From assembly GCF_008831285.2 (NCBI RefSeq), contig NC_045138.2, forward strand, positions 12,028,001-12,092,000: a stretch of 64,000 nucleotides of DNA, written 5' to 3'. Made by a program: the position numbers and the translations under genes. Below are positions 54,282-64,000 of this stretch, piece after piece (position 1 is the stretch's first letter; the number at the start of each line of letters is the position of its first letter). The notes beneath the pieces are model-generated. The model worked only from the letters and a program-made list of their open reading frames with translations, was not told where the DNA came from and searched no databases. This DNA comes from Nymphaea colorata (lineage: Eukaryota).

Positions 54282-54479
54282 GTAAGTAAAAGCAATCCCA
54301 GTCCATATTCATTTTTTTCCCAGCTTACTACACAAGAAAATCAAAGCCTATCAAGCGGCTTCATTGTTGCCCAACTGCGTAAAATCCTGATTCTTGAGGT
54401 TATGTCCCTGCCACTAGGGCACTTTGGCTCGTGTAGGGAACTAAGTCCATAGAGTTCAAACCATGACTACTGAATGTTA

Positions 54480-56208
54480 CTCTCAAGAACATGACAACTA
54501 TGAAGAAATCTTTTCCTCTATAGCAAGAATGACCTGTATACTTATATTGCTCCGACATGTCATCAGCAAGCATTACTAGACCCTAATTGGTACCAGGCTA
54601 TCAAAGAGGAGATACATACTTTACAGGAACGCCACACGTGGGACCTTGTTGTTCCTCCTTCCGGTTGTGATATTGTTGGCTCCAAATGGGTATTTACTGT
54701 CATTCTGTCAAATACCATGCAGATGGGACCCTTGAATGCTATAAAGTTCGGCTGGTCGCAAAAGGGTATACTTAGACGTATGGTATTGATTTCTTTGACA
54801 CATTCTCAACGATTGCCTGGTTAGGCACCATTCGCATCTTGATTTCTTTTGCAGTTCACTATGACTAGTAGATGCATCAATTGGATGTCAAAGATGCATT
54901 CTTGTATGACGATCTTGAGGAGACAGTTTATACGCAACAACCACCCGACTTCGAGCTTCAGGGGGAGTGTGGGAAGGTGTGCATTTTGTGGAAGGCCATA
55001 TACGGACTGAAACAAAGTCCCCATGCGTGGTTTCATAAACTATCTGATATTGTCTCACAAAGTGGATTCCAGAGGTCACCTCTTGATCATTCAGTGAAGG
55101 GAGAGTTGGGTATGGTTATTTTGGCAATATATGTTGATGATATTATCTTGACTGACAACTATAAACAAGGTATATCTGAGACCAAAAATTTTCTTTAAAA
55201 GCACTTCGTCACAAAAGATCTTGGACACTTGAGATATTTTCTTGGGATAGAGGTGACTTGTAATAAGGAAGGAATAGTTCTCTCTCAAAGGAAGTACATT
55301 TTGGACTTATTGCAAGAAACATGAATGTTGGGGGCAAAACCTGCCACCATTCCCATGAATCCACGATTACACCTATATGATGAGCAGTCAAGACCTGTAG
55401 AATCTAAGACGTATAGATCTTTAATTGCAAAGCTTCTTTATGTCACAGTTACAAGACCGGATATTAGTTTCGCAGTTGTGGAGAAACCAAGGAAGATCCA
55501 TTGGGAAGCTGCATGGATGATACTCAAATACTTAAAATCTTCTCTTGGTAAATGATTACTATTCAAGAAAGGAAAACCTTAGATGCCCAAGCCTATAGTG
55601 ATGCAGACTACGTAGGATCTGTTGAAGGTAGAAAAGCTACTACTGGGTTTTGTGTTATTGTAGGAGAGAATCTTATATCCTGGAAGAGCAAAAAACAGAA
55701 TGTGCTCTCACGGTCTAGTGCTGAGTCAGAATATAGGGTCATAACTCAAACGGTAGCAGAATTGACGTGGGTCAAATCCATGCTTGAAAGCCTTGACATT
55801 CCAGTTCAACTACCTATGACAATGTTTTGTGATAACAGGGCAGCCACCTACATTGCAAACAACCCGGTCTTTCATGAAAGAACTAAACACATTGAAGTAG
55901 GCTGTCATTACATTCGTGATTTAGTTCAAGGAGGAGTGATCTTTACAACTCACACGGTCTTTGAATAACAAACTGTTGATATCTGTACTAAAGCTCTTGC
56001 AATTAGTGAATTTTCAAAGTGTTGTAACAAGCTGAGCATGGTAGATATTTATGCTCCAGTTTGAGGGGGAGTGTTGACGATGAGACAGTTTTTTGAATAT
56101 TAAAGAACCTGACAATTCTTTAATTATTTTCTATATCTTTCTGGTTTACAATGTAATTATGTTTTGTACCCTAATTCTCTCTTAAGTAAGGGGTTAGGGT
56201 AAGTCATC
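54480..56208 (+). mobile_element. Ty1/copia element A: 5'-truncated, degenerate RT-RNase H, PPT and start of 3' LTR
   Basis: HQLDVKDAFL, YGLKQSP, IYVDDII, AYSDADYVG, SSAESEYR, FHERTKHIEV with stops and frameshifts; PPT TTGAGGGGGAG 56061-56071; LTR start TGTTGACG at 56072. Confidence 0.88.
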
Positions 56209-59200
56209 TGTTGACGGGTTTTGTTGTCCGGGTCCGGATCCTTACCCGATCCGGTTTGTCCTAATTAGGACTACTTATATCTCTGTAAACCCTAATCTTT
56301 GTGTTAATGAAGTTTCTAAGAGAGAGAGTGTCTGGCTGCTAGTGGGCGTCAGACCTCCTCACCCGTGGTTTTTCTTCCCTCGTGTTGAGGGTTTTCCACG
56401 TTACCTTGGTGTGCTTTCTTCTACTCTCGTGCATGCTTTATTTCTACATGGTATCAGAGCCGTGAAGTTCCGGCGTTATTGGTTGGTCATTCGTTTTGGT
56501 TCGTGTTGGAGGAGGACTCGCCCGGCACTGTTCATCGCACGCACCAGGAGCCTCTCCTGTCACTGTTCATCATCGCCCGACACTGTTCACCCGACGCCTG
56601 TGCTGTGCTGTTGCACCTCGCCCGACGCCTGTGTCCAGCGACAACCCACCCAGCGTCGCTCTGCCTCTGCCTCCGTCAGGTTCCGTCCGACCTGGTTCAT
56701 TCCTTTTTTTCCGGCGTTCCTCCCCTTGTTTTCTGGCGCCCGACGCACGAAGCCCCTGTTCCTGCCACTCTGTTTTCCAGCGACCTGCTCCCTCAGTTTC
56801 GTCCAGTGATCTGCTTCCACTGGATTCTCCCTGTCAGCTGCTCCTTGCCACCGCCGTCGTTCTCTGCTACTGTCGTCAGTGATCTGTCCGCCGTTCTCTG
56901 CTGCCGCCATCAGTGCTCTGCCACCCGACGCTGCTGCTTCCGCCGCGTCCTGCCGCTCCTGTTGCTCACACCGCTTCTACCGTTGATCCACAACACTCTA
57001 CCCCGTGGCAGCCGCTTCTGATTTGTGATCATGGCTGACTCGTCTTCCTCTTCAGTCAATACCAACCTACCTGATGTTGTGTCTGCGCGGACTGATCATG
57101 TACCGGTTCAAGTTACCACCATCCAACTTACCAAGGAGAACTATTCACGATGGTCTGCAGCAATTACTATGGGGATTGCAGGGCGAGGACGCATTGCCTA
57201 TGTGAATGGGAGAAAGGTTGAACCTGCTGCAGATAGTATGGCTTGGGATACATGGTTTCTTGAAGACAACCAGGTAAAAACCTGGATTGTTAATTCAGTG
57301 TCCCCTGATATCCAACCCCTCATTCTTCGCAAGAAGACTACAAGGGATATGTGGATTATTTTGGAGCAGATGTATGGTCAAAAGAAAAGGAAAGTTCAGG
57401 TGTATCAACTTATGAAGGATGTATATTCCCTGCGACAAGGTGCTCTCTCGGTTGCAGACTTTTATGCAGCACTGAAATCGAAGTGGGAGGACCTTGACTA
57501 TCATTCTGATATTACATGGAGGTGTCCTCATGACCAGATGCAGTATATGACCGATAAATGGGAGAACAGGGTATTCCTTTTCTTATCCGGACTGAATGAT
57601 GAATTTGAAAATATAAGGAGTCAGATTCTTAACTCTGACGAATCATTTAGTATTGAAGATGTCTATTCCCGAGTTGAAGCTGAAGAACAGAGAAGGATGC
57701 TCTCTAGTGGACGAAAAGGGGAAGAACAATCTGCCTATGTTAGCCGTGCCCCTGTGGGAACTCCTCGTTCTTCTCGAAAATGTACACATTGCAAAAAACT
57801 TGGTCATACTAGGGATTTTTGTTGGGACCTGTATCCAGAGAAGAAGGATAGTAGGGGGAGGTCTTCTAGTAGGAAGAAGCCTGTATCGTCTGCAACAAGT
57901 CTGAGTGATGGGAAAGGTTCTATTTCTGCAGAACAGATTCGTGAGCTACGAGCATATTTGAACAAGATTGATGTTGGTCAGGCAGATACACCAGATGAGG
58001 TGAAGATCAATCAGGCATTGGCCGTTTCAGGGGGAGAAGGTACTTCTTATATGGGTGAATGGATTGTTGACAGCGGTGCCACTCATCACATGACTGGCAA
58101 CCCCAAGCTTTTCCATGACTACAAGCTATCCTCGGGAAAGGAACGTGTGTCCCTTGCCGATGGTTCCTTTACTTCTGTGGCAGGGAAAGTGAGTCTTTCC
58201 TTGTTAAATAATTTTTTAGTTCATGATGCCTTGCATGTTCCCCATCTTCCCTTAAATTTGTTATCTGTTAGTAAGATTACCAAGGAACTGAAGTGTGAGC
58301 TTATATTTTCTGAAAAACGTTGTGTTTTGCAGGACTTGGTGACAGGGAAGAGGATTGGGATTGGTTTGGTGTCTGATGGGCTGTATCGGCTTCCTATACG
58401 CATTGTCACAGCTCTTATGTCAGCAGTCAGCAGGACAGAGAAGAAGGAGGAAGAGTGTCGTCAGTTATTTTTGTTTTGGCATGAACGCCTTGGTCATATC
58501 CCATTTGGGATTTTGAAACATTTGTTCCCTGAACTATGTTCTAGTTTAAACATTTCCATGTTATCATGTGATGTGTGTCAGTTTGCGAAGCATGTTAGAG
58601 CTTCTTATCCAATTTCAAATAGTCGTTCTAATAAAGCTTTCTCCTTGGTTCATTCTGATGTGTGGGGGCCTTCGGGCATTCATTCTCGTGGTGGTTTTCA
58701 ATACTTTATAACTTTTATAGATGATTATTCAAGGTGTACCTTTGTGTATTTGTTGAAAGATCGTAGTGAGGTGCCTCACGTTATTGAAACTTTCATCCTC
58801 CTAGTGGAAAACCAGTATGGAAATTTTGTCAAGACTTTTCAGTTTGATAATGCTCGTGAATATATGTGTCTCACTGTTGAAGAATTCTTTCGAAAGAGGG
58901 GGATTGTTCATGAGACATCCTGTAGTTATACCCCCCCTCAAAATGGGGTTGCTGAGAGGAAAAATCGTCAGTTGCTCAATGTCACCCGAGCCATATTGTT
59001 CCAAAGAAATCTCCCAAAATACTATTGGGGTGATGCAATCCTTACTAGTGTCTACTTGATTAATCGCATGCCTAGTCGTGTGCTAAAGGGGTCGTACTCC
59101 CTACTCTATGCTTCCAGGGAGTAGTCAACCTTTTCACCTTCCTCCTCGAGTTTTTGGATGTGTGTGTTTCATACATAACCACAGCCCCAATGTGAAAAAA

Positions 59201-60400
59201 CTTGATCCCAAATCTATTAAGGGCATCTTTCTTGGGTATTCTTCCACTCAAAAAGGTTATAAATGTCTAGATCCCACCACTGGTCGTCTTCACATTACTA
59301 AAGATGTCACATTCTTGGAACATGTCTCCTATTTTGGTGAGAATTCTCTTCAGGGGGAGAAGTTAATGTCTAAGGAAGAGTATTCTCCCACACAGGAAAT
59401 TCAGTTTACAGACTTTATGGATTACAGGCATGAAGAGAATCCTGTTGCCAAGGTGCTTGGCAAAGATGAAGAGGGGACGACTACTGATGTACATGAACAG
59501 GAGAAGGAGGGAGAGCATCCTATGGTGACAGAACAAGAGGGTAATCGTATGTTTGGACATGTGTATTCCAGGAGAAGAGCTTGTACTGACAAGGTGATTG
59601 ATGATGAGGAGGTTACACTGAATCCCAATCCTACTTCTTCCTTGGATGATCCAAGTCGTGTTCAGAAGCAAGATGTTGGAAGAAAAATTCAGATTGGAAA
59701 AGAAAAGGAGGATCTTCCTATTGCCTTGAGAAAGGGTGTCAGGTCATGTACCCAGCACCCTATTGGTAACTTCGTATCTTACTCTAGATTGAGCACTGAC
59801 TATAAATGTTTTGTATCCTCCTTGGTTGTGGTTGTGATTCCCAGGAATGCTACAGAGGCTCAGGGTGACACTAAGTGGTCTCATGCAATGAAAGAAGAGA
59901 TGGAAGCTTTAGATAGAAATCAGACATGGGAGGTGGTTGATATTCCTGAAGCAGCCCACTTGGTTGGGTCGAAGTGGGTCTACACTGTTAAGTACAAACC
60001 AGATGGGAACATTGAGAGGTACAAAGCACGATTGGTGGCCAAGGGGTTCAGTCAGAAATATGGGATCGACTACTTAGAGACGTTTGCTCCAGTAGCAAAG
60101 ATGAAGACTGTTAGAGTTATTATTTCATTGGCGGTGTTGAAGGGTTGGGAGATGTGCGAACTTGATGTGAAAAATGCCTTTCTCAATGGAGATCTCGAAG
60201 AGGAGGTGTACATGTGCATGCCACCAGGTTTTGAGAAGCCTGGAAAATGCTGGGCTGAAATAGTCTCCCCGAGCATGGTTTGAACGGCTCAGACTTGTTA
60301 TGAAGAAACATGGCTACAAACAAGGAAATGGAGATCATACCCTGTTTGTAAAGAGAAGAGAGAGTAAAGTTACTCTACTATTGGTTTATGTTGATGATAT
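56209..60400 (+). mobile_element. Ty1/copia element B (5' LTR, tRNA-iMet PBS, gag-pol), interrupted at 60400
   Basis: Candidate LTR TGTTGACG (56209) to TTTCTACA (56448); PBS TGGTATCAGAGC 56449-56460; GC-rich leader; gag-pol from 57031. Confidence 0.9.
57031..60400 (+). pseudogene. Copia B gag-protease-integrase-RT polyprotein, frameshifted
   Basis: Zinc knuckle CTHCKKLGHTRDFC; protease WIVDSGATHHMT; WHERLGH/CDVC; HSDVWGP; PPQNGVAERKNR; frameshift near 59100; [11 protein letters not shown]; deletion and stop near 60250 (GLK*SPRAW); ends at LVYVDDI. Confidence 0.9.
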
Positions 60401-63400
60401 TGTAAATCAGGCCCAAATTCGAGAATACAAATGCTTCAAGAGATACACTCTTGAAGATCCCAACAACTTCAATAGATAATGCAAAGCCAAACCTCAAACT
60501 TGAGGAGAAGATACCAAATATATTAATCTCAAGAGAAGAATACACAAGAGAGGCCAAAAAGCCTTAAAAGAACAAAGGTCCCAAGTGCCCTATTTATAGA
60601 GGAAGTATATAAGAAAGGAGGAAGAAAAGAGGAAGAGGAAGTGGCTGTTGGGGCTCCCAACGGCTAGATTTCTAGCCGTTGGGAACTCCCAACAGCTACT
60701 TCCTTTCATAATAAAAAAAGGAAAAGAAAAAGGTTTAGAAAAAGGCATGAAAAATAAAGACAAAATAAATACAAAAAGTTACAAAAAGTCCTATGCATAC
60801 ACACATACATTTATATATACAAATCATACATCAAACTGCTAGGAGTTTAAGATATATGATAGTAGATACAAAAACATGTATGTATACTTACATTATAAAT
60901 TCTAACACCCCCCCCCTCAAACTTACGGTGTAATCACCGAAAGTTTGCCAAGAAGAAACTGGAATCTTGCGGAAGCCAGTGCTTTGGTGAAGAAATCTCC
61001 AAGTTGATATTCAGAAGGGACAAAAGATAGATCAATTGTTCGGCTAAGATATTCCTCTCTCACATAGTGACAATCAATTTCAATATGTTTTGTCCTTTTA
61101 TGAAAAGTGTGATCGCTAGCAATATAGATGACACTTTTGTTGTCGCAGCAGAGCTTGGTGGCGTCATTGAGGTCAATTCCAATGTCCTTCAATAAGCTTT
61201 TCAACCATACAATCTCCATGGTGGTGGTAGCCATTGCACGATACTCTGCTTCAGTTGAAGATAAAGAGACTTTATGTTGTTTTTTGCATCTCCATGAAAT
61301 AAGAGAGTCACCTAGAAAAACACAAAAACCGGTGGTGGAATGCCTATTATTAGGATCTCCACCCCAATCAGCATCAGTATAAGCAATCATATTCAAGTTT
61401 GATGAGGAGGATAGAAAAAGTCCCTTAGTGATAGTGTGTTTGACATATCGAACAATCCTCAATGCAGCTCCCATGTGTAATGAAGTGGGTCTTTGTTGAA
61501 ACTGACTTATAACATGTACAACATGTGATATGTCAGGCCTTGTGATGGATAAATATGTGAGAGCTCCCACCAATTGACGAAAGGGGGTGGGATTCTCTAG
61601 AATTTCTCCATCATCAATCTTCATCTTTACTCCTAAAGCTTCAGGAGTGTCCACTACCTTGTCATCAGTGATTCCTGATCTGCTTATAATGTTATTGGCA
61701 AACTTCATTTGTGAGAGCAAGTATCCTCTTCTACTATAAGCAACTTCAATACCAAGGAAATATGTTAGTTTACCCAAATCAGTCATTTCAAATTCATTCT
61801 TAAGGAAAGTCTTTACCTGCATAATTCCGTTGGCATCATTACCTGTAATAATCATATCATCTACATATAAAAGCAACACAACTGTACCTATAGTTGTGTT
61901 TTTAACAAACATAGCTGTGTCAGAAAAACATGATTTAAATCCTTGTTTAAACATAACATTGCTAAACATATCAAACCAAGCTTTTGGAGCTTGTTTCAAA
62001 CCATACAATGCCTTTCTGAGATAAAGAACTTTGCCTTTAGGTACATCTAGCCTAGGGGGTGAGTCCATGTATACCTCCTCATTTAAGTAACCATTCAAAA
62101 AAACATTTTTGACATCCAATTGATATATGGACCATTGTTTAATAGAAGCAACAACAATAAGAGCTCTAACAGAGGTCATACGAGCGACAGGGGCAAAAGT
62201 TTCTTCGTAATCAATCCCATATTCTTGGGCATATCCTTTGGCAACAAGTCTAGCTTTATACCTTTCAATAGATCCATCACTTCTAGTTTTGATTTTGTAA
62301 ACCCACCTACATCCTATTGTCTTTTTCCCGATAGGAAGAGACACAATGTCCCAAGTTTTATTATCATCAAGGGCTTTAAGTTCATTGTTCATGGCTTCAA
62401 CCCAAAGTGGGTTAGTTTTGGCTTCAACATAGGATGAAGGTTCATCAAGAGAGTGAATAGCTAATAAGCAAGCTCTATGTTTTGGAGAAAAAGACTCGTA
62501 GGAGACAAATTTTTGAGGTGGATGAATATCTCTTTCAGATCTCCTAAGAGTAGGTTGAGAATCTTGGATGTTTTGTTGAGACCTTCTCTCATAAACTATT
62601 ACATCCCTTGGTGGTGGTCTATTAAAAGAAGTGCTATCAACCTCATTTATAGCATCATCATATGAAGAGTGCAAAACATCATCATCATCATTATCATAAT
62701 CATCATCTTTTATCCATAAAAAGGAATATTCATCTTCATGCTTGGGTTTATTTTCATTAAAGCCATTTTCTTCTTCTAAAAAAATCACATTTCTAGAAAC
62801 ATAGACCTTATCTTTTTCAATATCATAGCATCTATATCCTTTTTGAGTTTCGGAATAGCCAATAAAGACACATTGAATAGCCCTAGATGAAAGTTTATCA
62901 TTTTTGTCATTTAAAATGTAACATTTGCAACCAAAGACTTTGAATCTTTTATAAATTGGCTCCAAATTAAAAAGTTTTTGAAAAGGTGAAATATTTTCTA
63001 AAATTTTAGAGGGCATTCTATTAATCAAGTAAATGGATGTAAGAATTGCTTCAGCCCAAAAATTTTTTGATATAAGGAGAGCTCTTGTTGTTTCAAGAAT
63101 ATGTCTATGTTTTCTTTCGGCGATTCCGTTTTGTTGGGGGGTTTTGGGACAAGACTTTTGGTGTATAACTCCCTTTTCCTTTAGGAATTCTTCGAATTCA
63201 TTGGAAATGAATTCTCCTCCGGAATCACTTCTAAAAATTTTAAGGTTTGCACCAAATTGAGTTTTGATCATGTTGTAAAAGTTTTTGAAATTCAAAAAGA
63301 CTTCCGATTTGCGTTTAAGAAAGTAAACCCAAGCATAACGAGAGAAATCATCTACAAAAATGACATAATAAAGTAAACCACCTTTAGACATAATAGGAGC

Positions 63401-64000
63401 GGGACCCCATACATCCGAATGCACTAATTCAAAAGGTGCTTTTGCAACAAAATTTCTATTTCCAAAAGGTAAAGCCTTAATTTTGGCTTTAATACAATCA
63501 TCACATGAGATCATTTCTTTACATTTCTCTTCCAAAAAAGGGATACAAGACATTTTTCCTAAACTTGAATGTCCAAGTCTTTGATGCCAAATTTGGATGT
63601 CACTCTTCTTGACTACATTGCAAGTTAGGTTGGAAAGATCCAAATAATCAACATAGTAGAGATCATCTTTCCTAGAACCTTCCCCAATCGTCTTCTTGGA
63701 AAGATGGTCCTGTATCAAAAATTTATTTTGTGAGAAGACAATATCACATCCATGATTTGTTATTTGAGAAACCGACAAGAGATTTAAGTTAAGTTTGGGA
63801 ATGAATCTAACTTTTGGTATTTTGAAAACTTTTGAATCAAAATTTTGATCAATATTCCCAACACATCTGATTTCAAGAGGAGTTCCATCGGCGGTTTTAA
63901 CAAAAGGGCACGATTCCTCCTTAGTGCATTCGGTAAGTAATGAACTACAAGGGGTCATATGAAAAGAAGCTCCAGAATCAAGAATCCAAGAGTACTTACT
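60401..64000 (-). mobile_element. Ty1/copia element C (3' LTR 60907-60401, PPT, pol), continues beyond the window
   Basis: On the minus strand: PPT TTGAGGGGGGGGG (60920-60908), then LTR TGTTAGA...TTTACA (507 bp). Confidence 0.93.
60923..64000 (-). CDS. Copia C pol polyprotein (protease-integrase-RT-RNase H), open through the window edge
   Basis: WILDSGASFHMTP at the window end; [70 protein letters not shown]. More than 1011 aa without a stop. Confidence 0.92.
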   Translation of the reverse strand, partial: SKYSWILDSGASFHMTPCSSLLTECTKEESCPFVKTADGTPLEIRCVGNIDQNFDSKVFKIPKVRFIPKLNLNLLSVSQITNHGCDIVFSQNKFLIQDHLSKKTIGEGSRKDDLYYVDYLDLSNLTCNVVKKSDIQIWHQRLGHSSLGKMSCIPFLEEKCKEMISCDDCIKAKIKALPFGNRNFVAKAPFELVHSDVWGPAPIMSKGGLLYYVIFVDDFSRYAWVYFLKRKSEVFLNFKNFYNMIKTQFGANLKIFRSDSGGEFISNEFEEFLKEKGVIHQKSCPKTPQQNGIAERKHRHILETTRALLISKNFWAEAILTSIYLINRMPSKILENISPFQKLFNLEPIYKRFKVFGCKCYILNDKNDKLSSRAIQCVFIGYSETQKGYRCYDIEKDKVYVSRNVIFLEEENGFNENKPKHEDEYSFLWIKDDDYDNDDDDVLHSSYDDAINEVDSTSFNRPPPRDVIVYERRSQQNIQDSQPTLRRSERDIHPPQKFVSYESFSPKHRACLLAIHSLDEPSSYVEAKTNPLWVEAMNNELKALDDNKTWDIVSLPIGKKTIGCRWVYKIKTRSDGSIERYKARLVAKGYAQEYGIDYEETFAPVARMTSVRALIVVASIKQWSIYQLDVKNVFLNGYLNEEVYMDSPPRLDVPKGKVLYLRKALYGLKQAPKAWFDMFSNVMFKQGFKSCFSDTAMFVKNTTIGTVVLLLYVDDMIITGNDANGIMQVKTFLKNEFEMTDLGKLTYFLGIEVAYSRRGYLLSQMKFANNIISRSGITDDKVVDTPEALGVKMKIDDGEILENPTPFRQLVGALTYLSITRPDISHVVHVISQFQQRPTSLHMGAALRIVRYVKHTITKGLFLSSSSNLNMIAYTDADWGGDPNNRHSTTGFCVFLGDSLISWRCKKQHKVSLSSTEAEYRAMATTTMEIVWLKSLLKDIGIDLNDATKLCCDNKSVIYIASDHTFHKRTKHIEIDCHYVREEYLSRTIDLSFVPSEYQLGDFFTKALASARFQFLLGKLSVITP

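Noticed and set aside
56342..57021. Overlapping 100-180 aa ORFs
   Set aside because: GC-rich LTR and leader of copia B, stop-poor by composition.

Overview
Flowering-plant nuclear DNA with two divergently oriented genes about 44 kb apart. Left: a 3-exon SANT/Myb + bromodomain gene on the minus strand (4271->56). Right: a multi-exon DusA-type tRNA-dihydrouridine synthase gene on the plus strand (ATG ~49047). Its last visible intron holds three nested Ty1/copia elements, so the gene must finish beyond the window. The intergenic space is dominated by a very young head-to-tail array of six ~4.6-kb units (10063-38238). Each unit carries (i) a ~233-bp tRNA-headed, SINE-like element with a TSD and a snap-back duplication of its target site and (ii) the promoter-bearing front half of the LTR of an old, decayed Ogre/Tat gypsy element. 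The rest of that element (PBS, RNase H/aRH/integrase remnants, 3' LTR) follows the sixth unit. The SINE-like body shares two sequence modules with a separate TG...CA-bounded element at 5888-6279. Several hAT-type non-autonomous elements (two with perfect 8-bp TSDs), micro/minisatellites and hairpins are also present. All identities were judged by eye; no database searches were run.
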